DNA of 64,000 nucleotides from Anthoceros angustus. Lineage: Eukaryota > Plantae > Anthocerotophyta. The notes beneath the pieces are model-generated. The model did not search any database. It worked only from the letters and a program-made list of their open reading frames with translations, and was not told the DNA's origin. Positions 46,190-59,400 of this stretch are shown one piece after another; the first letter of the stretch is position 1; every line of letters starts with the position of its first letter. Made by a program: the position numbers and the translations under genes. The stretch lies in NCBI GenBank assembly GCA_010909165.1, contig VJWM01000187.1:310001-374000 (forward strand), read 5' to 3'.

Positions 46190-47438
46190 ACATGCAACTA
46201 ATGTGCCCGTGTAGAAGCCCTATATGTGAGCTTCATTTTGTCTACCTTTTGCACTCTCATCTCGACTTTCTTCCTACAATCCTTTACCCGGGCTGGCTTT
46301 CCACAAGAATTACAAGGCCTCAAGGGCCCCAGCAGGTGGTGTCAAGGTGTCTCCACTTGCTCTCTCGCATAAACAAAGTCCCCACGGAATTTCTTGAGCT
46401 TGGGTCCGGCCACCGCGGTGTGGGCATATCTAGGGTGTCTCATGTTGGGCAATCCTCAAATTAGCCATGGCCGCCGGCATGGCTTGTCAAACACGGCCGC
46501 ACATTTGTGACCGATAACCGTGCCAAATTGCTTGGATCATCGGATCCACTACCTCATAGAGTTGCTTGGCAATGGAGCTAGAAGGCATGGGTTCCCTCCC
46601 AAACAAAGAAGAAGTAGGGACTGAAATGTGCCAAGGAGGCATGCCAACTCATACGGTAGCCCATGGCGATGTAGGGAAGAGCCAAGTCCCACTCTGTCTT
46701 TGGCATTTGAAGGCAGAGCTTCCTTAGACCCTTCTTGATGGTCTGTACCATCCATTCAGCCAGGCCATCAGCCTGAGGGTTCTGGATGGTGAAGGAGGTC
46801 TTCACCCTGTCGCAGTCCTTGCAACAGGCCACCTGCTGTTTGACTTGGGCGTACATCCCTTGCCAATGGAAATGTGGGAGGAGCAACTGTAAGTACGCTT
46901 GACTCCAAAATGGCCCATGCCGCTGCGTGCACTTTCGATGAATCGCCTGCTCCTCATCAAAGAGCCCATTGAGTCAGCCTCCTCGGCAAATGCCCATCAC
47001 GCCATCGACACTCTGGAAGCGCTACCGCAATTCCTTTCTTGCTCAACAGTGCTCCATGGTCGATCCAAACCCGTCCTGTTTGGACAAATAGGAGAGTTTC
47101 GGAGTCTTCCATATGTCCTTGGACCTCCTGCCCCAAAGATATGTGCTCACTGCAAGGATCGTCCCATACTGGATCGTCTTGATACTCTCTGGATCGCCCC
47201 ATACCTGATGGGCCACCTGTGCTTGTAAAGCTTACCATGATAAGCCCACCCCACATGCTGCATCTCCATCATCTTGGTCTCTCGCTTCAGAACATCTTCA
47301 ACCAGCACTGGGATTCCGAGAGAGAGTGTCATGCGTTTTGGTGTGTGACTCCGGCTTGCACCACTTGAAATTCATAGTCTCAAAAGATCATGGCTCCACC
47401 TTAAAAGCTTCCACTCAACTTAGTGTTGGTCATCAGCC
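46190..47438 (-). mobile_element. Second Ty3 lineage fragment (RNase H end plus integrase), inverted counterpart of 36658-37720
   Basis: LLPHFHWQGMYAQVKQQVACCKDCDRVK (integrase Zn finger) and GLAEWMVQTIKKGLRK..WDLALPYIAMGYRMSWHASLAHFSPYF. The LTR junction is the same as at 36657. Confidence 0.85.
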
Positions 47439-50400
47439 ATGTGGTGGGAGGTTCCGGGACCCCGGAACCCTCGGCCACCAGCCACACTTATCCCCTTGTC
47501 GGTTAAATACAGTGGGTTTCGTTCCACGAAGGGTGAGCCCTTCCCGCCTCGGATGGAGGTGCGCCCTCACGGTGACCTCTCGACTCTCGGCTCCCGTCTA
47601 GGCGGTGACGCCCCTCCTACGGCGCCACCGGTGACCCACCCTAGGTAAGTCACTACCCTTGTGATGACTCGCCGTGGTGGACCTCGCGAGGCACGCCCAA
47701 TGCACCCTTGGGGACCCCAAATCACCGTCTGATGGGCAATCCTCCCACCAGCAGTTCCTACACTCCCTAAGACCCTTCTCGTGACAAATTTGGGGCCGCC
47801 CCTCAAGCTCTCTTATCCCCTTGAAATTCACCTTCCCTCTCTTTTCTAGGTTTCTTCCTCCTCTCTTCTCTTTTGTCTTTTCTCTTTTCTCTCTTGCTCC
47901 TTCCTTCTCCTCTCTTGCTCCCTATCCTCTCTAGCTCCTCTCTCGCCCCTCTCTCGCCTCTCTTTTCTTTTCTCTTTTCTCTCTCTCTCTTCTCCTCTCT
48001 CTCTCTCTCTTCTCTAATCTACCTCTTCCACTCTTCCTAGCTAACCCGCCTGGGCGCCTCCCGGCCTCCAGCCACCTCGGATCATAGGGCATGCCCTCAC
48101 GGACCTAGGCACATTTTCGCAAGTGACGCCCCAGCGTCTTTGGATTTTGCTAGGGGTCTTCCTTCACCGCTTGTCGCACACTACAACCACAATGCCGCTC
48201 CTCACGCTCGAACGCCACCCATTGCTCCAAAGAAAGTTTTGGGCCCCGCCTCCTCACATCAGACCTCAAGACCCTACCGGACACCATGCACCTCACACAC
48301 GGCTTGCGCACGCAGGTGTAAAACAAGCACACAGTCGGAGAGCAAGGCATGACATTTTATTATGGAGCTCCTCCCCTCTTATAGGAGCTCCCCAAACCCT
48401 AGCATTAATTAAGTCTGGTGGGGTAGGTGGGGTTGCTTACGGTTTTAAGTAGGTGGCCTCTTAAAGGTTCTTAACCTACCTCCTAACAATCCCACTAACC
48501 CCTAGGGGTCTTAATGACCCATTCACTCCCCTACCAACTCTCGCCTACTTCTTCTTGGGTGGGGCAGTGCCCTACCACCATCTTCCTCCTCTTGGCTTGG
48601 GGACTGTCCGTCGGATCTCTTCACTCGTCAGCGACAGAACCTCCACACTGTCTTGGCGATGCATCGTGAACGCCCTCTTGCGGGCGCTCTAGCAGGCATT
48701 GGCCTCTCTCATCTGTCTGCCACTGCAGTACCTCCAGTGCGGTTGAGTGCAATGCAACTCCTTGCCGGACACCCCCACCAACTCTACCGGCTGGAAATCT
48801 CTTCCTCTTCCATTGGCTCCTCCCACCAGCGTTCCTACACTCCCTAAGACCCTTCTCGTGACAAATTTGGGGCCGCCCCTCAAGCTCTTATCCACCCTTG
48901 AAATTTCACCTTCCTCTCTTTTCTAGGTTTCTTCCTCCTCTCTTCTCTTTTGTCTTTTCTCTTTTCTCTCTTGCTCCTTCCTTCTCCTCTCTTGCTCCCT
49001 ATCCTCTCTAGCTCCTCTCTCGTCCTCTCGCTCTCTCTCTCGCTCTCTCTCTCTCTTTTCTCTCTTTTCTCTCTCTCTTCTCCTCTCTTCTCCTCTCTTC
49101 TCTAATCTACCTCTTCCACTCTTCCTAGCTAACTATCATACAGGCGCCCTCACAGCCTCCCGGCAGCGCCTCGAGATCATAGGGCATTGCCCTCACGGAC
49201 CTAGGCGGACATTTGGGGCAAGTGGCGTCCGCGTCTTTGGATTTTGCTAGGGGTCTTCCCTTCGATCCTTTGCACCAACCACAATGCGCTCCCTCACCGC
49301 TCGACTGCCGGTGCTACCTCCGAGAAAGAAGGTTTGGGCCCCGCCCTCACCACAGTCACCGCACCTCAAGACCCTACGGACACCATGCACCCTCACACGG
49401 TCGGCACGCGCTTGTGTAGCAAAACAAGCACACAGTCGAGAGCAAGGCATGACATTTTATTATGGGAGCTCCTCCCCTCTTATAGGAGCTCCCCAAACCC
49501 TAGCATTAATTAAGTCGGTGGGGTAGGTGGGGTTGCTTACGGTTTTAAGTAGGTGGCCTCTTAAAGGTTCTTAACCTACCTCCTAACAATCCCACTAACC
49601 CCTAGGGGTCTTAATGACCCATTCACTCCCCTACCAACTATCCTACTTCTTCTTGGGTGTTGGCCCAACCACCATCTTCCTCCTCTTGGCTTGGGGGTCC
49701 CCGTCAGGATCTCTTCACTCGTCGTCGCGGCCTCCACACTGTCTGGCGTGATTGAGCGGTGGGCGCCACCCCTCTTGCAGGCGCTCTTGTAGGCATTGGC
49801 CTCTCTCATCTTGCAGCCGGCCCTGCTACCTCCAGGCGGTTGGGTGTTGGTGCTGCTCTGTCCGCAGACACACCAACTCAAACTGCTGGAAATCTCTTCC
49901 TCTTCCATTGGCTCCTCCCATTGAGCCTTCGCATCCATTCACTTCCCCCGAATCTGAGGCGGTGCAATTCTTCAAAATCTCCACTGTCATTTGGGGACCC
50001 CAACAACTTCCTTGTCAACAAGTTGAAGATGACTGCATCAGGTGTCAGCAACATGTAAGTGGACCCACAGCCACAAAAAGAAAAGCCTCAAGGAGGACTC
50101 AAAGGATCCGCCAGAAGGAGGCATTTTGTGATCAGTCTCCTCAACTTATTTTGACAATGGGTTGACAGATGCGGCTCATTCTGATGAGCATTGGGCCTAT
50201 TCATGTGGAATTGGTTGAGTTTTGCTACTCCTTCCAGTGGGCACCAGGATGTGCACTCAAGGATGGGTGTCCTCGTGCTTTGGCAGCTGATGGTGTCCCA
50301 CTGGTGAGCTTGGCCTCTCTCTCTTCTCCTCTCCCAGGGTGAGCAGCCTTTCTTTAGGGCTAAGATTCCCTCAAGTGGAAGCTTTTTGATTGTTTTAGGT

Positions 50401-53400
50401 AGACTCATCGTCCACCTACTTGTCTCATTCTTTCTTCATGTGTGAAGCAAACCTCCTGGCGAGGAACTACCATCTTGCCATCAGACACTGCTGAGGCCAC
50501 ATGTTGTACAATGAGAGACTGATTTAACTCCTACTTACCTTGTCTTATATGGAGTGTCAATTGGCGGGATGGTCGCCTTCCTTGTCAAAGCCTCCTTCAT
50601 TGACCCTCACATAGTGGACTTGCATCTCACCCCTTCCTCTCATCAAATTCCTCAGCCACTCTCTTGAGGCTAACTTACTCCACGCATCCTCTCAAGCCAC
50701 CACTCAAACGGGTGGCGACATCACCATCTCTCCATGCCTGGGTTCCCTTGCTGCCTTCTCACCTGGGAGTTGCTTCCTCGATGACCAGCATGCGATGCAT
50801 CATTTTCTCCCGTGGCTACCTCTTCCATCCACCGTTGGTCAATCGCTTGCTTCAGAGCTCCTCACGCTCCTTGCTTATGTCCTTCCTCCTCCGCCTTGAG
50901 CTTGGCCTCTCCTTCATTCTGGCTTATGCGCCCGGCTCACAAGCCATCTTGTCCATTTGTCCCTTCTCACTGGAGGGCCGAGTTGTCCGCCATTCCCATA
51001 TCCTCAATCTTCTCGGTTGAGAGCCACCTCCTTCATTATCCTCTACTTTCTTGCCTCGATTGTTCTTCAATCTTCTAGCCCCAACCTCCTCTCCAGTTAA
51101 CTAGGCTTTGCTACGCCATCTCCTTGATAGCCTTGCTATCCTTCTCCCCACTTGATCGACGGCCTTGGTGTCCTCACGGCGACTCTCACCTCCAACTCTC
51201 TCTCCTGTGCTTGCTTCACTAATGGAGTATCAATCCTACGATGGTCAGCTCCTTCAAAGCCTTTGTCCTCTCATTCCCTCCCGGGTCGACATTGCTTTTC
51301 TTGGTGAGCGCCTCCACTCCCTCGATGTTGGTGGAACTCCGTGGCTCCCATCTCCCGGGGTTAGTTCCACACCCCGCCTCCTTTGCCTCAGACATGGTGG
51401 TCCTCACCTTTTCCTTTTGTGCCACCTGCTTCCCTGAAGTGCACCTCTTCTTCCTCAAGGCCAGACGGGGTGGTCTCATCATCCGAATCACCCCGGGTGA
51501 AGCACTCCCTTGCTCCACCTTGGTTCCTCCTCCGCCTTCTTCACCTTCTTGGGAGAGGACCTTCCTCGACCACTTCAAATGGTCTCAAATCCTCTGTCGA
51601 TCCCGATTTTCTCCTCTAAAATTCTTCTAAGTGTTCTCTGTGTCCGCCCCTTCGCCTGGTCTCATCCTCCTCGACCAACTCAAATGAGCTAAACGCTCCC
51701 CCTCTACTCACATATATAGGGTGAGGAGGGATTTTCCACACCCCAAAGGCCAAGGACGAAAATTTTCCCTGTCCAAAGGCCAAGGACCTTTTCTCCTTCA
51801 GCAGACGTTAGAAATTCCTCAACCACCGAAGGCCAAGGAAGAAATTTCTCCGCTGTTCACCAATTCCCAAAGTCCAAGGAAGAAAAATCAGCAGGCATGC
51901 AAAGGTCGACCCGCCACGTCGCACTAACCCGCGCCGGTCTTCCTTTGTCAAAACCCTCCAAGGCCAAGGACGAAATTTCCCTGTCCAAGGCCAAGGATGA
52001 TTTCTCTATATATGCTTGCATCGCTCCTCCTTAGGCCGCGCCTCTTCCTCTCCTGTCTGTCGCTCAAGACCACCTCCAACCTCGCTACCGCCTGAATTGC
52101 GCACGACAACTCGCCAAGACCCTCGCGCGTCTTCGTGGAGTAAGAACCTTACTCCCGATGCCTTCAGGCGGGAGTGACTGGCGCCGCCACTAGGCCGGCA
52201 CCAACCCTCCTTCTTGGCGGTTCGGCCTTCGCGAACCTCCTCTCTCACAGTAAACTTTCCAACCTCCCGGACCTCCGGACCTCCGTCTTTCTCCATTGGA
52301 CCTTTTTGAATCCGTTTTCCTCCTTCTCGTCGGCGGGACTAAAATCGCCCGCCCGCTTCTCATTGGCACTTTTTGTTCTCTTCCCGTCAATGATGGTGAT
52401 AAAAAGAAAAATAAAATTAACAAAACTAAGAGGCATCCGCCTCTCTTCTAACCGTGGACCCAAAATTTGGCGTTCCACATGCCCCTTCCCACTTGTTGGC
52501 GTCCACCAAACAACGGGACTCAAGTGAAAATACTTCTTGACCTTCCGCCCCATCGACAGGAGGTCTCCATCCAAGACTCGGATTGCACTCCATTCTCATA
52601 CACCTCCTCAACCTTGTAGGGTCCCATCCACCTCAATCTCAACTTTCTGGAAAATCTAAGTATCGTCATACACGAACACCAAATCTCCAGCCACAATCAC
52701 TTCTCTCTTTGAAGCTTCCGTCATGTCGATGCTTCCGTTGTTCTTGGATCTTGTAGGTCTCCTCAAGTGCCTCTTCTCGGTCCTCCTCATAAGTCGCGAA
52801 AGCCTCCAATCATTGTTTGATCGTCCTCCAGTCATCCTTACGTCCTCCATGATTCGATGTGTTGGAATCTCAAACTCAATTGGTAACACTGGTGACATCC
52901 GTAGGTCGATAGTAGGCGTTCGTTTCGTGGTTACCTTCTCATTGTCCGATATGCCCAAAGTCTTTGAATGAAGCTTCGTGTCCCATCATACATGTGTGTG
53001 ATCACCTTAGTCAAAATGGTACCCGAATCTGGTCTTCTCGTGAGGCCATTTGCCTTCGGGTTGTAAGGCGTTGTCTTGCGGTGTCGTATGTTGAAGTAGC
53101 TGGTCAACGACTCAATGACAGTGTTCAAGAAGTGAGTTCCTCGGTCACTCACCAACTCCAAGGGACAACCATACCGTGTGATGATGTTCTCAAACAAAAA
53201 TTTTGCGACTGTCGGAGCGTCATCCTTCCTTGTCGCCTCCGCCTCTACCATCTTGGTGCAGTAATCGGTGGCCACCAATATGTATTGCTTCCGAGTCCAC
53301 CTGGTAGGTGGGCGAATCGGCCCAACAAAGTCGATTCCCCACTTCTCAAAAGGAGCGAGTGGCAGAATGTAGGTCAGTGGCCACTGTGTGGACAGTGTCG

Positions 53401-56400
53401 GCCTCCCTACACGCTGACACGCGTCGCATCTCCTAATAGAATCCCAAACATCACGTTGCATGGTAGTCCACCAAAAGCCTGTATCCAAAATCTTCTTAAT
53501 CGTGACACGAGTAATGACCCCCGCCTCCTCCGCATGTAAAGCCTCAATCACCAAACCGCCTGGGCTCCAGACACCTTCGTATCTTCTCATCCGCCCCATC
53601 TTGTACAAGATTCCATTCCTCAAGCGATGAGGCTACCTTATGAAGAAAAAGCGCTCGTCCTTCCCTACTCAATCCATTGGGCATGATTCCTAACTCCGGG
53701 AACTTTTCCCCTTGCCTTTCTCTATTTGCTCTATCTTGGCGCTCTCCGTCTTGTCCACACACAGTCGATCGAACTTCCCTCTGCGGTTAGGATCCATTTG
53801 TGTTGGACCACTGCACGTCGTGCAGCCTTGTGCTCTTACATGCAGGGCTCCCTTCCGACCCTACATTGCGTAACTTCCTCTTCATCCTCTGCTGATGTCG
53901 CGACCAACTCCTCGTCGAAACCTATCGTCCGTCTCCGGACCTTTCTTGTTCTCAACCTCGAGATGAAATCTGCGTTGATGTGTCTCTTACCCGCTCGCGT
54001 CTCAACATCAAAATCAAATTCTTGCAGCAAAAGAATCCATCGAGCAATTCGTCCCGACAAATCCGGCTTGTTCACTAGGTACTTCAGCGCAAAATGATCG
54101 ACGTGGAAGGTTACCTTGCAGGCCAAGAGGTAGTGGCGAAACTTCTTGCATGCGTAGATGATTCCCAACGCCTCCCTCTCAGTCATAGAGTAATTTCTCT
54201 CCGCGTCAGTCAACTGCCTGCCCGCGTAGAAGATAGGATGATCCCTCTTCTCTTCATCCTTCTGGCTCAGAATAGCCCCAAGCGCATACGCAGATACATC
54301 CACGTACACATGAAATGGCTGCTCCCAATTTGGTGGTCTCAAGGTGGGTGTCTCCACCAAACTCCTCTTTAGTTGCTGAAATGATTCCTCTTTCCTTGTC
54401 CACTCAAATGCTACGTCCTTCTTTGTGAGTTAGACGGCTGCCTTCTTTGCAAAATCTTTGACGAATCTCCTGTAATAGCCGACTAACCCTATGAAAGCTC
54501 TGACCTGCCTGACTGTCTGAGGTGCATCCATCTCGATCACCTTGACTTTCTCCATGTCCACTTGGAGTCCTCTTGCTGAAACTCGATGAGCGAGGAGAAT
54601 CCCCTCCGTCATCCCGAAAAAACACTTCGGTGAAGTTTTAGGTTGGTCTCACGGCAACGTTGAAAACACCGGCTCGGATGTTCCCAATGTGAGTGTTGCC
54701 TCCCAAAGACACAAAATCGTCAAGAAACACTTCCATGAACTTGAAGAAAATCTCTAAAGATCATTTACCACTCGTTGGAAAGTTGCGGGCATTGCAGTCC
54801 GAATGGAAGCTTGGCGTGAGCAAGCGTCCCCAATCCGTGGTGAAAGTGGTCTTGTCTTGATCCTCCTTGCGTGGCGTGATTTGATTGTAACCCGAATAGC
54901 CATCTAGGAAACTGTACATTTCATGACCCGCCACCGTGTCCAAAACGCTATCCATGAAGGGTAGTGGATGGTGGTCCTTCTTCGTCGCTTTGTTGAGCCT
55001 TCTGAAATCTTGACAAACACGAACCTTGCCTTGTTGCTTCTTAGGAACCACCACGATGGGCGCCACCCATTCGCTGGTGAGAACCGGATAAATCACCCCT
55101 GCCTCTAAGTACTGGTCCAATTGGTCCTTCACCAACTTGAAGGAACCCATATCAGTGACCTTAAAGGCAAATACATCTATGTAGTTCCTTAGTAAGGCCT
55201 TCAACTCCTCTCGCTCCGTCGGGCTGAGATACTTTGAAACTTTCACACTTTTGCCCGGCTTCAACTCCATGTCCTCCATCGCGTGGTCTACATAAACTCC
55301 TTCAGGCTCACTTGCCCACACTCGTGCGATCCTTCCTCTGGAAAGTCGTGATCGTGGCGTGACCCTTCAAAAGGCGGCACCCTCTCGGTGCTCCTCATCC
55401 TCCTGCAAATCTTCTTCCTCCAGACGTCGGATGAAAACATGGGATCCCCGTCCCATACACCATATCGATTGCTTTGGCTGGTCCTTGAAATAAATTATTC
55501 TGAGTCTCTCCCGTAAGCGTTCTCCCGCTCGACCAGTAACTCCGCCTCCCAAAATCAAAGATGCACCCCCATGTACCACGGCCTCCCAAGAAGTACCTTG
55601 TACCCCAAGTCCAGAATCGGTCTCATCACAATGTAGGTCGATTGAAGGTAATACCTCCAATCACCGTGGGGATGTTCTGCAGCACCCCAAAGGCTTTCTC
55701 TTGGTCCGCCATTCGAAGAAGACACGAATGGGAATTCGTAAACCCAAGTCGATGTCTTGTCTCTTGGTCATCAAATTCACTCGGATCCGTGTCCAAAGGG
55801 ACATCGGCACTAAACACCCTATCTCAATCTCAATCTCGGGGCTCCACAATCAACCAGTTCCACCGCGTTAACTTCCACTTGCATGCTCCTTACCTCTAGT
55901 GGCTCTGGTATCCCCCGTATCGCCTCCTTCACGATCTTCCTCGATCTTGGACTCACCGCCAAGAGATCTCTCAAGCTCACTACAAACTCTTGATCAAGTA
56001 GCGCATCAAAGCTAGAAATCTTTGATGCTAGAACCCCTCTTGCGGTCTCGATACTAGCGAGGCGCAACAACGCCCTCTCTTGGTTGTTCCTCACTCGGCG
56101 CCTCTCCTTGCGCACCTTGCCCTCCACGGGTCACTCACTGCAGATTCAGCAAACCTTTTTTGAGTCGGCCTCCTCATTCATCTTCCAACATCACGAACTT
56201 CCTTGATGTCTGTGGAAACGAGGGTCTCCACCTCCTCCGCAGTGGTTCACCTCCTCTCGCCTCGTAACCTCCTGGACTCTCCTTCGCCCTCATTCTCCTC
56301 CAACACCGGATCAGGTGTCCCTTGTCTCGTCTCAGGTGGCCAAGGTGAATCCTCGCGCACCTTCCTCTTCTTCTTGTCTGTCTTCTCCTTCCGTCGGTCT

Positions 56401-59400
56401 ACCCTTCGTTCCTTCTCTCGCCGTTCGGATCGTGTGGTGACCTTAGCCACCAAGGGATCTTCTCCATCACTTACTTCTCCTGCATATCCCTCCTCCACAA
56501 TCCCTGAGTAGACCTGCAAAGCCTCTTGTGGTTCTTCTTCTTCTTCCGCCTCCACCGTCAACACCGGCGTGTTAGCTACCGCGATGGCCGTCTCCGTGTT
56601 GATGGGGATTGTCTCCGTTCTTTGGTTGGTGATTCGACTCGGCCGTATAGGCACGATGCGTAACACTCTGGGCACCTTGGATCTCCCACTTTGTGCCCCA
56701 ATTCTTTGCATACAGCGAGAAGGGCACATAGCCTACTGCGTCGAGGTTACGGGCGATGCAGCGCAGTGACTGGCATTCCACAGTTAAAACAACATCACGA
56801 GAGCGGACATTGGGCGTTGTGAAGGATCCGGCCTCCACGGTCTGGTGGCGGTCGTGAACTATAGCGCATCCTGAAGGCGCCGGTTGGTAAGTCGGCCTCC
56901 TCATTCATCTTCCAACATCACGCAACTTCCTTGCGATGCGGTGGAAGCGTGGGGTCTCCACCTCCTCCATGAGTGGTTGATCTCCTCTCGCCTCGTAACC
57001 TCCTGGACTCTCCTTCGTCGTCATTCATCCTCCTCCAACACCGGATCGGTGTCCCTTGTCTCGTCTCGGTGGCCAAGGTGAATCCTCGCGCACCTTCCTC
57101 TTCTTCTTCTTATACATCTTCTCCTTTCGGTCTACCCCACCGTTCCTTCTCTCGCCTTCGGATCGTGTGGTGACCCTAGCCACCAAGGGATCTTCTCCAT
57201 CACTTACTTCTCCTGCATATCCCTCCTCCACAATCCACAGTAGACTGCAAAGCCTCTTGTGGTTCTTCTTCTTCTTCCGCCTCCACCGTCAACATGCGTG
57301 TTAGCTACCGCGATGGCCGTCTCGTGTTGATGGGGATTGTCTCCGTTCTTTGGTTGGTGATTCGACTCGGCCGTATAGGCACGATGCGTAACACTCTGGG
57401 CACCTTGGATCTCCCACTTTGTGCCCCAATTCTTTGCATACAGCGAGAAGGGCACATAGCCTACTGCGTCGAGGTTACGGGCGATGCAGCGCAGTGACTG
57501 GCATTCCACAGTTAAAACAACATCACGAGAGCGGACATTGGGCGTTGTGAAGGATCCGGCCTCCACGGTCTGGTGAAACCGGTGCGTGAACTATAGCGCA
57601 TCCTGAAGGCGCCGGTTGGTAAGTCGGCCTCCTCATTCATCTTCCAACATCACGCAACTTCCTTGCGATGCGGTGGAAGCGTGGGGTCTCCACCTCCTCC
57701 ATGAGTGGTTGATCTCCTCTCGCCTCGTAACCTCCTGGACTCTCCTTCGTCGTCATTCATCCTCCTCAACACCGGATCGGTGTCCCTTGTCTCGTCTCGG
57801 TGGCCAAGGTGAATCCTCGCGCACCTTCCTCTTCTTCTTCTTATACATCTTCTCCTTTCGGTCTACCCCACCGTTCCTTCTCTCGCCTTCGGATCGTGTG
57901 GTGACCCTAGCCACCAAGGGATCTTCTCCATCACTTACTTCTCCTGCATATCCCTCCTCCACAATCCACAGTAGACACCGCAAAGCCTCTTGTGGTTCTT
58001 CTTCTTCTTAGCCTCCACCGTCAACACCGGCGTGTTAGCTACCGCGATGGTCTCCGTGTTGATGGGGATTGTCTCCGTTTGGTTGGTGATTCGACTCGGC
58101 CGTATAGGCGCGATGCACACTCCACAGGCACCTTGGATCTCCCACTTTGTGCCCCAATTCTTTGCATACAGCGAAGGGCACATAGCCTACGTCGAGGTTA
58201 CGGGCGATGCAGCGCATAGTGACTGGCATTCCACAGTTAAAACAACATCACGAGGGGACATTGGGCGTTGTGAAGGATCCGCCTCCACGGTCTGGTGGCG
58301 GTCGTGAACTATAGCGCATCCACGAAGGCGCCGGTTGGTAAGTTGGCCTCATTGGCTGCGGTGGTCGCCCTCCACCGCCAGCTTGTAAGCTTCATCAACA
58401 TACCGGTAGTCACACGGTGTATAGGCTTCTACAGTTGTTGCATGTCTTGGCGCTTTGACACACTCTCGATTCGTATGGCCTGATTGGTGACAGATCGAAC
58501 AATACACTAATACGCGGTGAAGGAGATCTCCTAGGCGCTGGTTGCGCGCTTTGACCTCCAATTCAGTCAATCTCCTTGTCAAAGCCTCAATTTGGTTGTT
58601 TAGACCTCCACCACCTATCGTGGCGTTGCTCCTCTCCATTCGGTGCGCTCCTTTACCTTCTTGTCTTTCTCGCTTGGCGCTCGGCCTCTTCTTCTTCGCT
58701 CAATCTTCTCCAAATCCTTCTTCATTCTCCTTCGTAGGCTCTGACTCCTCATCCGTGGGTGACTCGATGCGACTTCCTTGTTCGTGTCGTGAAGGCGAAG
58801 AATGAGAGGACGAGGAGAGCTGGAGGATCTGCCTCCCTTATGCTTCCCATGCTCCCTCCGCTTCTTCCTTGACGACCAAGCTCGCCTCGTAATCTTCAGC
58901 CAACTTCAATGCTCCTTAGTAGTCGTTCCTCTCCGACAAGAACATCCATCTTAGTGGGCAACCACTTACAAACCAATCTAACGCTCATCTGAATAGCCTC
59001 GTGGTAGGACCTGAACAAGCTGGTCTACACCTTGGAACGCGATCCAAGTAACTGTAGAACCTCTCCACGTAATCATACAGCGTTTCCTTCTTTCTCCTGC
59101 GGAGAGTCCTCAATCTCGCCAATGTATGATGTCCATGACTCAACCCTCTAAACCTTGTTAGGAACTCTGATTTGAAGTCTTCCCAATCTGTCGGTGGTGC
59201 AGTCCCATACGTCCTACTGTACCACTGTTGTGCGTGTCCTCTTAACAAACCCGGAAAAATTCGCAAACGGTCCGCCGCTGAATCCTCTAAATTAGCATGA
59301 GAGACATGCTCAAACGTGCGAATAAAAGCCTCGCATCGTCTCCCTTCTTCTTGTCTCCAAACTTCACATACTGCTGTCGACTATGTGGCTGCAATGAGCC

